DNA from: Rhizodiscina lignyota
Taxonomy: Eukaryota
DNA: 64,000 bases
Reading direction: 5' to 3'
Assembly (NCBI GenBank): GCA_010015805.1
Contig: ML978123.1
Span: 248,001 to 312,000, forward strand
A model generated the notes under the pieces. It was not told the DNA's origin. It did not search any database and was given only the letters and a program-made list of their open reading frames with translations. The translations under genes were made by a program, and so were the position numbers. Positions 1 through 13,384 of this stretch are shown here, piece after piece. The first letter of the stretch is position 1; each line of letters opens with the position of its first letter.

Positions 1-402
1 TTTTGTCTGGAAGATTCGGTATGCGAGTCAATTCTACACTGTGCAGCTTGGAAAGCAGTTGGGGATCGAATGGATTTGATTGGCTCGGAGCTCACCTCCA
101 CCCACCCAGTCATGCATATCTGATTATCTGATTCTCGACACCCAATTTCAGTTACTCTGTTACACAAGCTCTTTGGTCTGGGCATTCGTGGCTGACATAT
201 CTACAAATACCTTGACCATTTGCTCTGCGGCTACACCCCCCAAAGTTGCAAATGTGACATGTCTTTAACTGCATCTCGACACGATTGAACCCGCTACTGT
301 CGCACGTTCTACAATGATGGAAGAACAAATATTTCGTTCAGCTTTAGACTACATGCTTTGGTCCTAAAAGAAAGAAAAGGAAAAAAAGAGAGAGAAGGCA
401 AC

Positions 403-2766
403 CTAAGGCGTGCCGCCACGACTGGATTCATCACTGGCCACTCCCTGAGATGTCTTTGTGTACGCGTTAACTAACACATCCAGCTTCGACAAATTTGGAT
501 CTTCATCAACCCTGATGATCGGAATCGGCCACTGAGACCGAATATAATGCTTCAGCAGTGGCGGGTCGTCCTCCGCCGAGCCCGTGTTGGTCGCCTCTTG
601 CAGCAAGGCGACGTCGTCCGGCTTCATGCGGTCGCGTAACAGACGATAGACCACCTCGGCAAGGTAGTAATTCTTTCTTTGGTCATGAAGTCCCTTCACG
701 CACAAGATCAAGGTCGAGCGCAAGTCATCCGGGGTAGATATAATCTCCTCACTTCTATTAAGAGCTTCGGACGCGGCATTTCCAAGCAATATCAGGAAGG
801 AGAGCATGAAGGGGTCGAAGGCGTCGAGGCTGTGTCGGAGATAGTAGAGACGTATGAGAGTCTCCATGCGGATTTTCGCGTTGAAGATGATATCTTGCGC
901 CGTGTTGTCTATCGCGAGCTCTGTGCATTTACCAGTGTCGCTGAGGATAGCGTGGGCTGCGGCGTGAGGAGTAAAGATCGAGGCTGTGGTGCTGAAGTAT
1001 TCGAGACTATCGCAGTAATTAGTCAGTGAGTGTTGAATAGCGCGAGGGTTACGAATGAGATGGCCACAAGCTTACTGTAGTTTAAGATGCATTGGTAAGA
1101 CGGAGTTACGAGGCGTCAGTGGTTCTGGTAAAGCCCCAAACCATTCGTCAAATCGAGATTTAAAGCGCTCAGCTTCACTTAGAGACAGCTGTCCATGAGA
1201 CTCGAGCTTGCCGTACAGCCGCTCGGTGATATCGTTCACGATGATTCGTAGACCGCAGAGGGAGCTGAAAAAGTATGGGAAGGACACCGGGTAGAGCGCT
1301 GAATCCTCATAGTATCTGATCCAGAACTCGCCGTACCAAGATGGGTCTGTGCTGGGGTCAGGTAGCGGGACTCGGGGCGGGGTCCTTGAGAAGAGGTGCG
1401 CGGAAGAAGTAGTAGGTCTCCATTCTGCATTCCTGTGTCAGCTATATTACGATTAATGTCAGCAATCTCCCCTCATTTACTGACACCTGGAAGCAGAAAA
1501 GAGCCCACGCTGTGAAAGCTCGCGCGTTGCGCCTTTTCCTGCTTCTTATATGGGGAGTCCTCAAAAATGCCTAGGTCATGGGCCATGGCAATGGCTTGTA
1601 TTCCGTACGAGAGACCAACTCTATCCATCCCGCTGGCATCATACAAGAAGTTTATAATGATCGCAGCTTGAATGGCCGTCAATTCGTTTGTTCCCTGATT
1701 GAGTTCCCAGAGCCTTTTGGCCTCGGCAAGGAATTTATACGGTAGGCTATGGGGGTTCCAGAATTGTGCGCGATTTGCTATCATACGATCACTCATCTGT
1801 AGACACCGTTAGCACCTGGCTCTCCAAGGCATTTTAGGCCCACTTACACACCCGGCAGAAAGTACAGCATTAACTAACATTGAAGAGCAGAATCGGCTGC
1901 GACCCGCGTTTAGGTCCTCTAAGAAATAGTCCTTTTGAAACATTGGCCACCACGGGTAGTCGTGAAGGAAGTATGCATGGAGAATCCTCCGCAGTAATGC
2001 GTCATCTGCACTGACAGTCGTCCACTGAGATACCTTCGCAGAGAAGAGTTTTGGATCGACAATTTCGGCGCTATGATAGGGCTTGAGGTACGGGCTCTTG
2101 AACTCAGAAGCTGTATCCTGCAACTAGCCCGCTGATTGTTGTCGTGATGAGTACGTGCTCTCGTATACGAGCGAGTCGAGGTATAAGTTATCTGATCTCA
2201 GGACGAATGTAGGCATGTCTCGCCTGTATGGTAGCTCATATCGCAATCGAGACTCCGGTACGACAGAAAGCTGGAGGAGAAGGTCCCCATCATGTACATA
2301 GCGTAGAATTTCGTCGGCGCTATGGCCTTGCCTGATCCTGTGAAGTATTTCAAGCGACTCTGGCTCTGTCTTGGTCTTAAGGATGTCGAACACTCCTTCG
2401 TAGGCTGAACGCTGATTGTTTAACTCGTTGTACCTTCGCTTCAAAGCTTGTGGACGGGTTTCGGTCCTATCAGTGTCATAACGGCACTCGCTGGACCGAT
2501 GGATGCATGCTGCGCATTTTGGACGTTCTGCGGTGCACTTCAAATGACGATGTTAATTCTTAGCACCTAACTGAGTAGATGGTTTCAGGTTTCCGTCGGA
2601 CCTTTGTTTTGCGCCCACGACAAGCATTGCATGCAACCCAGACAGTCGTCCTTTTGCTCTTTGTAACCGCGCTCTCCACGGCACCTAATCCCCTTGGCCC
2701 TGTGGCAGGTAAGAGAGGTCGCAAAGGGCGGTTCTCAGGGTTGGGAGGGCCTGTGTCAGTTGACAT
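403..2766 (-). pseudogene. Zn(II)2Cys6 fungal transcription factor with fungal-specific TF domain (NirA-like), apparently disrupted
   Basis: CNACRGRKTK|intron|CTAERPKCAAC...C zinc cluster; downstream HAYFLHDYPWWPMFQKDYFLEDL...FCSSMLVNAVL and YKFLAEAKRLWEL motifs. In-frame TAG at 2124-2126 between two same-frame ORFs; conserved-looking sequence switches frame near 1550 and near 1380. Confidence 0.75.
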
Positions 2767-3316
2767 AGGTGTAGGTGACGATTGCGTACTACTGGCAAGC
2801 TGAGTGCCTTGTACAGAAAGAGTGGCAGCTGTCGTGGCGTCATTGTCTGTTTATGCGCTTGTTCGCTCGAGTGGACTTGGGAAATTGACGGTCAAAGAGA
2901 GTTAAGGTCAGGGTCAGATCAGATCAACATAACTGAATAAAGGCGCGGAAACCGCTCCAGCCAATCAATCTTCGGTAGCGTGCAAGGGTTGCTCTTTACG
3001 AGAGACCTTCGGAGTATTCCGCCGCCAGTTTTCTATGAGCGACAGGTCACAGAGGTGCCCAGGGATCAACCAGTCTGGGGGCCTATGCCACCCAGACTTC
3101 GGTACCATGCCAACCAAACTCGTGGTTGAAGGGCAGTAGTTCCTTCCAGGTTTTCGTACCGTCTCGTCCCGGGATTCATCCGAGGTGTATCAGGTCATGG
3201 ACATCCGACGTCCGACTTTCAATATGACTGGAGGCCATTGGGCAATTGTAAGCCAGACAGAAGGTAGTTCCAACGACTCTACGGTTCATGGTCCTCATTA
3301 CTGTCTGTTTCTCATC

Positions 3317-4375
3317 ATGTTACACCTCCGCTTACGGGGCTTTTCACATCATCGGCGTTCTTTGAACGTGCTTCCTCACATACGACGATTCTGCCCTCAA
3401 GAGCAACTATGTGAGCGTCAGAATCCCAAGAGACTTGGCCATTTTTGGAATGCACAATACCGGTTGAATCACTCCCAAGCTTGGAGAGCTCTTTCTGCCG
3501 AGGACATGAAATCGTCCTTTGGCATCTCATCTCCACCCGCCGTCAAGTTTCCTGAAATCACCTTTCCTACTCCTCACATCCTGCTCGTAACCTTGAACAG
3601 GCCACGCTCGCTCAATTGTGTAAATACTGACGGCCATTACGAGCTGGAGGAGCTCTTCAAATGGTTCGACGACGAGCCCCAGCTTCGCTGCGCAGTCCTG
3701 ACGGGAGCAGGACGAGCATTCTGCGCCGGAGCGGACCTTAAGGAATGGGATCAAAGAAATGAGAAAAGAGCGCGCGGAGAGCTTGACGAACGACCTAGGC
3801 TGCCTCCGTCTGGCTTTGGCGGCGTCGGTCGTAGAAGAGGGAAGAAGCCAATCATCGGAGCAGTTAATGGAATGGCTTTGGGCGGAGGATTCGAGATTGC
3901 GTCGGCGATGGATATGGTCATCGCGGCTAGGAGTGCTCAGTTCGCTCTACCAGAGGTCAAGAGGGGGGTGGGAGCTCTTTCGGGTTTGCTACCGAGACTG
4001 CATATGATGTTAGGCAAGCAAAGAGCGCTTGAGATGGCACTCACAGGCCGGAATTTAACTGCGCAGGAGGGAGAGAGGTGGGGATTCGTGAGCGCTATAG
4101 TCGACGATGCGGCTCCAGAAGAGGATGTGATAAAACGACCGGTCGTACAGAAGGCATTGGAATATGCCGAGTGTATTGCGAACAACAGCCCCGACAGTGT
4201 TATTGTTATTCGCGACGCCATTATGTCGGTGTGGTACGAAGGCAATGTAGACACGGCCCACGATGAAGCGCACGACAAATGGGCAAAGAAGCTGGACGAG
4301 GGAGAGAACATCAAGGAGGGTGTTAAGGCGTTTGTGGAAAAGAGAGCACCGCGCTGGGTGAACAGCAAATTCTAG
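3317..4375 (+). CDS. Enoyl-CoA hydratase/isomerase (crotonase family, CaiD-like)
   Basis: LNRPRSLN, AFCAGADLKE, KPIIGAVNGMALGGGFE, FALPEVKRG, EGVKAFVEKRAPRW motifs. Start uncertain (ATG 3317 gives an Arg-rich leader; the downstream MKSSFG start is an alternative). Confidence 0.9.
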   Translation: MLHLRLRGFSHHRRSLNVLPHIRRFCPQEQLCERQNPKRLGHFWNAQYRLNHSQAWRALSAEDMKSSFGISSPPAVKFPEITFPTPHILLVTLNRPRSLNCVNTDGHYELEELFKWFDDEPQLRCAVLTGAGRAFCAGADLKEWDQRNEKRARGELDERPRLPPSGFGGVGRRRGKKPIIGAVNGMALGGGFEIASAMDMVIAARSAQFALPEVKRGVGALSGLLPRLHMMLGKQRALEMALTGRNLTAQEGERWGFVSAIVDDAAPEEDVIKRPVVQKALEYAECIANNSPDSVIVIRDAIMSVWYEGNVDTAHDEAHDKWAKKLDEGENIKEGVKAFVEKRAPRWVNSKF

Positions 4376-5552
4376 AGCTGGGAATTGGCACACCCCCGAA
4401 GCGCGGCCAAAGCCCAAAGCTCAAACGCCAAATCCGGCGCGAGTGCTTCCCCTTGCTATGGAGAGAAGATATGGAGAAAGTTGCAAGGCAGTCGTAGAGT
4501 GCGCCGTCAAAATAAAATGCTATGTCAAGATCAGGGGAAATACGCCGTGCAGGTATTTGCAGTATTGGTGTATGACTATATAATTGAAATAAGTTTTACT
4601 TACTATCGCCTTCGGGCATCGTGGGGTAATCGGTACAGAGATTAAACTGAAAAGAACGGGTACGGTTAACGTGTTGCAGGGCGGTTCGATCCCCGAAGGG
4701 ATCAAAATACTAACATTTAGGTGCCCAGTGACGGACAGCACCTTCTCGTGGTACTGGGTGTGAGTAATCTAAAAGACGAAACTAAGACTGTCCAATATTT
4801 TTTTGGCAATTTTTTTTGGTATAAAAAGTTGCTGGAAAAGATAGCTGTAAGTCTTCTCTCTGGTGTTTCACGCTCGCTCTTTTTGATAGGCGCTCGGACC
4901 AAATAGTGAAGCAGGGTGAGATTTCCAAAGGAGTTATGAATCTGGAACATATATACACGCCTCTCATGTTCCGCACAAAAGTACTGCTCTTCTATGTAGT
5001 CTAAGCTTCGTTTGCTTGCTTCGTTGCAAGGTGCGACCTATCTCGCCGACTGTTGCAAATATCACGGATAATGGCCGCTAAGCGTTTTCGGCGTGGTTGT
5101 CCGAAAGAGGAAATGGTGATGGTCCCGCAGCGTGAAGTAACTTCCTAGCATTGGAGCCGTCATTCAGCAACGACGTTTTAATCGCCGAAAAACAGCTGGA
5201 GGCCTTTCTGCAGAGAATAGTTTTGTTCTCTATGGTGATCGCCTGCATCTACACCAACTTGGGTATACCGAGCCCGCTTCAGCAGACCTTCATTATCGTC
5301 TCAACCCCGCAATTTATTCTCAAGAAGCTTCGCCAAACAGGGCGTATATACATCATTTCCACGCCGTTAAATATCTATCAAGCCGTAGCTCCAAGATGCG
5401 CTCCGGGGCATACTCAAAGATGTCATTCTTTTACCTCGTTACCTTCATTCCAACTACTCAACTCCCATGACGATCCAAGATTCCCGTCATCTAACGTCCT
5501 CCAGCCCCCCATTTTATTTAATTGGAGCGTGGTGGGCATACATTGAAGCACC

Positions 5553-6454
5553 ATGCGAGCGAATGAAGAGAAGTGGCCGACAGAGCCAGACGCACTCGCC
5601 CTCGAAGCCTGGTCTCAAGACTTCTTGGTCGGCGCTCTCGTCATTCTTGCCTGCGTCACCTTCGCCAACACGCGACGCGGTATTCTGCTGCACAAGTTCA
5701 TCCTGATCGAGATCATCTGCGGCATGCCTCACGGCACGTTCATCTTCGTGCCAGCACCAGGTTATAGTTGGTATCTCTCCAGTACCGGTATCTTGCTCCA
5801 AGTATCCTGGTGCATGCATAACGTCGTCGCATGGATGAAGAACAACCCGTTCTTGAGCCGCAAAGTCAGCTGGCTGTACATCGATACTGTTGTCCTGAGC
5901 TTCGCGTACTGGATTGTAGAGTGGTACGCCAGGTTCGGATATTTTGGTGGATAGAGCAATCTCTTTGTGCATACTAGACCTTATGAAGCACTGTTTCGGT
6001 AAGCTCTTGGTCAATTTATTCTGGCATTGGAACTGATAACTTGGACAGTGACCCTTGGTGGGTCTTTACGGTCGTCACTCTGTTGTACAATATCCAGAGA
6101 CGTTACGAGCTTAGCATGAAAGACATTATTCGAGTCTCTCCTCGCTTTGCAGTCTTGCTGATGTCCATGTGCATCTCACTCATCTTCACGATCCTCGACA
6201 TCCTCTCCGTTACGTCGGTCATCGCGTCAGACCTGACGGTTGGGCTGAAGCAAGTTCGCAGTTTCGCAGCGGTGTCGTTTTATTGCTGACAGTATCACAG
6301 TCCATACTGGAAGTTGGCTATGGTGTTTAAATTGTTGACAGACGCTATCATCCTGGACGATTTGAAGACAGCGTTGGATAGACTCAGCAAACTTCATCAT
6401 GAAAAGCTGGCGGCTGATTCGTCATTCTGCCGAGAGAGCGTTAGCATTTTATAA
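5553..6454 (+). pseudogene. Conserved fungal multi-pass integral membrane protein with premature stop
   Basis: Hydrophobic helices with LLHKFILIE, HNVVAWMK, RPYEALFR|DPWW and NPYWKL..FK..TD.IILDD motifs. TAG at 5952-5954 interrupts ...YFGG*SNLFVHTRPYEALFR. Introns 5999..~6048 (GT-AG) and 6250..6300 (GC-AG). Confidence 0.7.
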
Positions 6455-8581
6455 AGAGACAGGCAATATGACGACATTCAAGAGTTAGCATTAGACACGG
6501 TTCTGCCGTGGAATGCACGTGCTATTGGCTCCTCCGGTCACTGGATAGGTCCTCCATAGAAGAGTTGATGAAATCTCATCAAATCTGATTGGATCTAAAA
6601 AGAAAAGTATTGGGAAATGTCCCATCCGAACAGATTGAGAGGCCGATACGGCTCGAGAAATGTGCTGTCTGGCTGTGCGCACAGGGCGACGATTTAGCAC
6701 GGGGGAAGGCGGTGAGAGCGTTGAGCTCAATTCGAGCTCCCAAACCGTCATGAACAGGTCCAATTCGGGAAAGGGATCTCAGGACAGAAGAAAGAGATGA
6801 GATTCGTCTTTATTGAAGACTTTTCACAGGTCCATCCAGGAAACGAGGCTACTGCTCGTCTGGAGAATCACACCGCTGCTGCAGCGCCACAACCAAGCCG
6901 TCCGAGCTTTCTGTGGAGTGTGGAGTACCTTATCAGCATATCTAGTGGCTGCGGAGAAGAATCTGGAGTAAATCTGGGGTAACAAGACGTCGTTCGAGCA
7001 GTGTCCAAGAGTTGCGATCACTAGTCTTGCATCGGTGTTTCTGAGCGTGAGAATGCGGCTGAAGCGCGTACAAACGACGTGCATTGGGTCAGAAAAATAT
7101 GACTAGTAAAATTTTAGCCTGTCTAGATAGATGGAAAACGTGGTTCAATCCCTTGGCTTTAAGGAGCGGGAAAAGGGTGGCATTGTTGAAGCGCACGTCA
7201 GCCATAGAGAAGGCGCGCTACGAGCATGCGCGCAGAGTGACCTGTTGCATTCGGAAAAGCTCCACAAAAACATTTAATTTCCTGACGGCGTGGATTCAGG
7301 CGAAGCTATGTGCTCTTTCGGAGCAGCTCGGAATGGAGAGAACCTGCAGTCTATCTCCCCGGCGCAGAAGGCCTTACCAAATCGCCATGCCATACCGTGA
7401 GGATAGGCCCGAGCGGAGCGGTGACTTGAATGGGCAAAAACGTTTTGTAGAAGGCAAATCAGAACTGGGACAATTCTGAGTGGCTCGGGAGTTCTTCTGG
7501 AAGCCTTCTCTGCATGACTCTCACAGGGAGTCTGGGGTGAGACTGGCCGAACGATAAGCGCGCTTAAAGACCCTGAAGAATCGCTGCTAAAAATGGAGAT
7601 TCTGCAGCAAAGTCACTGCCGTTGAGACACCAAGTCTCGCCCCTAGCGAATTGCCACCCATAGGTACCTTGGAGGCCGGTTTCAGTGACCTGGGCTGGAC
7701 CTTCAGGGGAAGGAGAACATTGTTCTTCGAAACAGCCATTGACGAGGATCAACCCAGAGGAGATTGAGCGGATAGGGCTGTGATGGGCGATTGGCCATGT
7801 CTGTGATGGAAATTGGAGGGTTAGGAGCCGACTGATGAAGGCGCATAGCTTCGTTAGGCATATGCTAAGGCTCAAATTAACTTTGCGGCAATGGCAGCAT
7901 ATCTCTCAAAAGTGTTATACATGAAGAAATACGCAGATGCAGTGAGAGTGAAGAGCAATACCGCTTGTAGAGCTCCTGACTTTTTGTCGCAAACCTTGCG
8001 ATATCGAATTTTCACATGCTTCCCGCTTGTGGCATTGAAGATTCTTTGTTCTGGGAGCAATATCAGGCTCCGCAAGCGTCCAAGAGCATAGAGTTATCGA
8101 GAAGCACAGGTCTCCTACACATTTATCTACAGCATATCGCACGCTCAGACAAGTCGCCTCAGCCACGCGAATTGTTGGGCTTAGCGCCGTTGGCCTATCG
8201 GAGGCTGGCTCCTTGCGCGTGCACGGACCGCACCTCTTTTTTCACCGCCAGCATTTCTCTTACAAAAGCACAGCGCCCCCAGCCCAATTCTTTTCCAAAC
8301 TCCTTCTTTCCCCCCCCTCTCACCTCTCCGCTCTCAGTCTGCTGCAGACTTGCCTTTTGCGTTTCCTTGTCGACGGCAGCCTTTTGTCGTCTAGCACAGC
8401 AAATAGACCGTTCCTCGAAATACCCGCCACCAGCGAGTTATCGGGGGCCCACTAGAATTTTTTTTTCAACGCCCATCACGCAGAACGCGGGACACCACTC
8501 CTCCGCACTATATAATTGCTCTTCCACACCTCATTCATCATCTTTCATCAACTACACAGTCTTCCGAAAACTACAGCAAAA

Positions 8582-11500
8582 ATGGCTCCGGCAGTCGACG
8601 TTAAGGAAGCAGCTGCTCCCTCTGCAGCGACTGTCAAATCCGAGAACACCAAGTCCTTGAAGGTCTTGGAAGAGCTTCTGGCCAAGTTGTCCATCTCAAA
8701 GGCTCAAGATGAGATCAACGCCACTTCTCTGGACCTCGCAACCTTCATTAATGGTGACATCGAGCAGGCTGATGCGCCGACGAAGTAAGTTTGCCACCTT
8801 GAAAATCCTTATCGCGCATCTTCACACGATCGCATTTTCTGGACTTTGGCTAACAAATGATTTTGCAGGGCTGTCGAGCTCTTGAAGAAGCAACTCGGCA
8901 ACAAGAAGGATGCTCTCGCACGCGAGCGCGCCCTCGATGCCATCAAGGCGATCGCCTCTCACTCCACCGTCTCCCCCGCTGTCGAGCCGTACCTTGTCGC
9001 TCTCCTTCCCGCAACTCTCTCCGCGGTTGGCGACAAGATGGTACCGGTCAAGAACGCAGCACAGGCTGCTGCAGAAGCAATCGTCAAGGCGACCAACGCC
9101 AACGCCGTCAAAGCTATCATCCCACACCTCATCCACTCGCTCAGAAATGCGCAGAAGTGGCCCGAAAAGATGACGGACCTGAAGTGCATGGAGATTCTGT
9201 GCGAAAGTGCGCAGGCTCAGATGGCTTTCCGCGTTCCGGACCTGATTCCTGTTGTTTCCGACGCGATGTGGGACACCAAGCCTGAGGTTAAGAAGTATGC
9301 ATACGGCACCATGGAGAAGCTCTGCGCCCTCATCTCGAACAAGGATATTGAGCGCTTCATTCCGGAGCTCATTACCTGTATCGCCGATCCCCGCAAGGTT
9401 CCAGAGACGGTCCACTTGCTCGGTGCCACCACTTTCGTCACTGACGTCCACGAGCCTACCCTGGCTATCATGGTTCCTCTGCTCGAGCGTGGTCTCCAAG
9501 AGCGTGAGACTGCGATCAAGCGTAAAGCTGCCGTCATTGTCGACAACATGTGCAAGCTTGTCGAGGATCCTCAGATCGTTGCACCTTTCCTGCCAAAGAT
9601 GATGCCCAGCCTGACGAAGAACTATGACACGATGGCCGATCCTGAGGCCCGTGAGAAGACAAAGCAGGGTCTGGACACCCTTACCCGCGTTGGTGCCGTC
9701 AAAGATGGCAAGATCCCCGAGGTTTCACGAGCTGGCGACATTGCCACCGTTGCTGGTATTCTGAAGAGCTGCTTCAAGGAGACACCCGCGGCGAAGTTCG
9801 ACCCCATTGTTGAGTACGTTGCGGCGATTGGCGGCCAGCTCGTCGACGAGAAGGACACTGAGCAGGGCAACTGGGCCACGAACGCCACTCCTTACCTTGC
9901 TGTCATCGTTGGGGAAAACGATGCTCCTGCGATCACGGACTCCCTTCGCAAGCGTGCTTCCCCAGGCGTTGCCGAGGAGGAAGAATTCGAGCCTGATGAG
10001 GAGGAAGGTGAAGATCTGTGCAACTGCACGTTCAACCTTGCGTACGGTGCCAAGATCCTGCTCAACCAGACCCACCTGCGTCTGAAGCGTGGACAGCGTT
10101 ATGGTCTGCTCGGCCCCAACGGTTCCGGCAAGACCACTCTCATGCGCGCCATCAACAATGAACAGGTCGAGGGTTTCCCCAAGCAGAACGAGGTCAAGAC
10201 CGTCTACGTCGAGCACGATCTTGATGCTGCCGACACTGAGCAGACTGTTCTTAGCTGGACCATGAAGAAGCTCGAGTCCGTTGGTATCAACATCTCCCAA
10301 CCGGACGTTGAAGCCAAGCTTGTGGAGTTCGGCTTTGTCAAGGAGCAGATTGAAGCACCAATCACCTCTCTCTCTGGTGGCTGGAAGATGAAGCTTGCGC
10401 TTGCCCGTGCTGTGTTCGAGGAGCCTGATATTCTCATGCTGGACGAGCCTACCAACCATATGGACGTCAAGAACGTTGCCTGGCTTGAGGACTACCTTAT
10501 GAACTCGCCTTGCACTTCCATCATCATCTCCCACGACAGCAAGTTCTTGGACCACGTCATTCAGCACGTCATCCACTACGAGCGCTTCAAACTCAAGAGA
10601 TACCGTGGTAACCTCAGCGAGTTCGTCAGGCGTGTCCCGTCCGCCAAGTCTTACTACGAGCTTGGTGCCTCAGAGATCGAGTTCAAGTTCCCTGAGCCCG
10701 GTTTCCTTGAGGGCGTCAAAACCAAGGCCAAGGCCATTATTCGTGTCACCAATATGTCCTTCCAGTACCCTGGCAGCGCGAAGCCTCAGCTCTCTAACAT
10801 CTCCTTCCAATGCTCGCTTGGCTCTCGTATTGCTGTCATTGGCCCTAACGGCGCAGGCAAATCTACTCTCGTTAACGTGCTGACTGGCGAACTCATTCCT
10901 ACTTCCGGAGAGGTCTACCAACACGAGAACATCCGTATTGCCTACATCAAGCAGCACGCTTTCGCTCATATCGACCATCACCTCGACAAGACGCCTTCCG
11001 AATATATCCAGTGGCGTTTCCAAACTGGTGAGGATCGTGAGACTATGGATCGTGCGAACAAGATCATCACCGAAGAGGATGAGAACGCCATGAACAAGAT
11101 CTACAAGATTGAGGGAACTCAGCGCCGTGTCATTGGTATCCACTCTCGTCGCAAGTTCAAGAACAGCTACGAGTACGAGTGCTCGTTCGTTCTCGGTGAG
11201 AACGTCGGCCTGAAGAACGAGAAATGGACTCCAATGATGACTGCCGACAACGCTTGGATTCCTCGTTCCGAGATTCTCACTTCCCACGGCAAGATGGTTG
11301 CCGAGGTCGACCAGAAGGAGGCCCTCGCCAGCGGTCAATTCCGTCCTCTGGTCCGTAAGGAGATTGAGGCTCACGCCGCGAACTTTGGCCTCGATGCCGA
11401 GTTGGTTTCTCACTCCCGCATGCGTGGTCTCTCCGGTGGTCAGCGTGTCAAGGTCGTGCTTGCAGCTTGCTCATGGCAGCGCCCTCATTTGATCGTCCTC

Positions 11501-11869
11501 GACGAGCCGACTAACTACCTGGACCGTGACTCTCTCGGTGCCCTGTCCAAGGCTATCAAGAGCTTCGAGGGTGGTGTTATCATCATCACTCACTCGTCCG
11601 AGTTCACCAGGGACCTGACGGAGGAAGTCTGGGCTGTCATGGACGGCCGCATGACGCCATCCGGCCATAACTGGGTGCAAGGTCAAGGCTCTGGACCCAG
11701 ACTGACGGAGAAGGGCGAGGAAGAGGAGCGCTTCGACGCCATGGGTAACAAGATCGATGCGGCGAAGACAAAGAAGAAGCTCACCTCTTCCGAAGCCCGC
11801 AAGAAGAAGAAGGACCGTATGGCACGCCGCAAGCGTGGTGAGGAGGTCTTCTCCGATGAGGACGACTAG
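8582..11869 (+). CDS. TEF3: Translation elongation factor 3 (eEF3, ABC-F ATPase)
   Basis: HEAT-like N-terminus, two ABC cassettes ([19 protein letters not shown] and [19 protein letters not shown]), Lys-rich C-terminal tail, strong codon bias; intron 8785..8868 (GTAAGT...CTAAC...TGCAG). Confidence 0.97.
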
Positions 11870-12952
11870 ATGAATCAGACTGGACAAACTTTTCGTCTTT
11901 GCAATGTTATTACGATGCATCTGGGAGTGATGGGCTCTTTCATGATTTGGGTTTGCATATGCGCAAAAGCAGGGCTCTGACGTCGTTTCGATAGATCGAA
12001 CATAGATCTGTAGAAGGGGAATACGGCGTCCGGGGATGATGATAATGCGATGCTGTTGCTTGAGCAGTCGATGAACGCACCAAGCGTCTATAGACGATAG
12101 ACATAGAGGATTAGATTTATGGATTGAAGTTACAACTGTCTTTGTGCACATATGAGAATCGTGGGATACCTCAAGCCTCTTATCCGTCGATTTCACGCCG
12201 CTCGATCGGTCGGTGGAGCGCAAACATGAAAGCCAGAAATCCGCTGTGTTGACTAAGCATCATCTCATGTTCACAACAGAATTGAACATTGAATCCAATC
12301 TTCCGTGAGTTGAACTCTTCCTCATCAAACAGGAAATCCCACACAAAGTTATCTGCAAAAAACTTTGACCGATTCTGCTGCTGTGAGCGAAGTCAGCTAG
12401 GTTACACTGGCCAACAGCACGTCTTTCCTTTCTCTCCTGCTTTGGTCGTACTACTCGAGCCTATTATTCTGGCATGACCAGATCACGGATTCCATCACGG
12501 TCTTGTGCTTAGCACAAATGAAAACAGCTGCCGGAGCTCCACATATTCCAGACCTTATGAGGTGCATTTTCAAGCATTAAGACTTGCCGTACCAGTGCCG
12601 GACACAATGTCTGAACCTTCCGAACTTGACTGTACAAGGGCCGCGCAGCATTGCTTTCATTGCCGGCGTCACTCATAACCCTCTCCAGTCATCAATGTCT
12701 GCCGGAGCCTATATTTATCTGCTGTGAAACTTCTTTCTGTTCTAGGCTATTTCTCTATTTACGAGCCGAACTGTAACAATGCATGTGCCGAAGAGCAAGA
12801 GCGGCGACACCGACCAGTGATGCTGCCGGACCTGATACACTGATGGAAGAGAGCTCTATATTAAAAGAGCTCCTGCCATCGCGGACAGTTTATCCAAACT
12901 ATCGATCAAAGAGGGTCAAATTACAATAACATCCTCTTCAATTTCTCTCGCG

Positions 12953-13384
12953 ATGTCCAAAAACAACACGTCTGACAAGAGCTCGAACTCGGATGAGCGG
13001 ACTTATACAACTCTCTTATCTAATAATGGTAAGTACTCTGATCTTATGCCCCATCTCATATGGTGCTTGTCCTCGTGCTGCCGCATATTTTCATTTTCAG
13101 CCCTGTCGAATTGGAGAAATGTTAGGTTCCGGAAGGCAGATCAAAGCAGAGCTCACGTTTCAGCAGGGAATTTCGGGGATATCTTTTGGACACTAGCTCA
13201 GGGAACAAACGACAGACGCTTCTCCGCTCAGCGCCAGAGTGGATGTAGTGAGAGTGCGTGGTCAACTACTGCAACCGTTGGCAGTAATGGAGGGAAGAGA
13301 GGTCAGTGCACGTCGAAGAAAGCCTGGCAATACGTCGGAAGATCAATTTACCAACTGTCAGTAGCCTTACCTCAGCCAGGTTAA
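12953..13384 (+). CDS. Possible small orphan gene
   Basis: ATG 12953 preceded by TATA-like TATATTAA (~12857); in-frame 72-nt intron-like segment 13029..13100 (GTAAGT...TTTCAG); no recognisable domain. Confidence 0.25.
   Translation: MSKNNTSDKSSNSDERTYTTLLSNNGKYSDLMPHLIWCLSSCCRIFSFSALSNWRNVRFRKADQSRAHVSAGNFGDIFWTLAQGTNDRRFSAQRQSGCSESAWSTTATVGSNGGKRGQCTSKKAWQYVGRSIYQLSVALPQPG

Noticed and set aside
6480..8150. Short protein-like frames upstream of eEF3
   Set aside because: Many stops, no recognisable motif or consistent splice pattern; might be a decayed gene but cannot be supported.
8822..12223. Long antisense ORFs (225-283 aa) opposite eEF3
   Set aside because: Expected shadow of strong codon bias in a highly expressed gene; no domain features.
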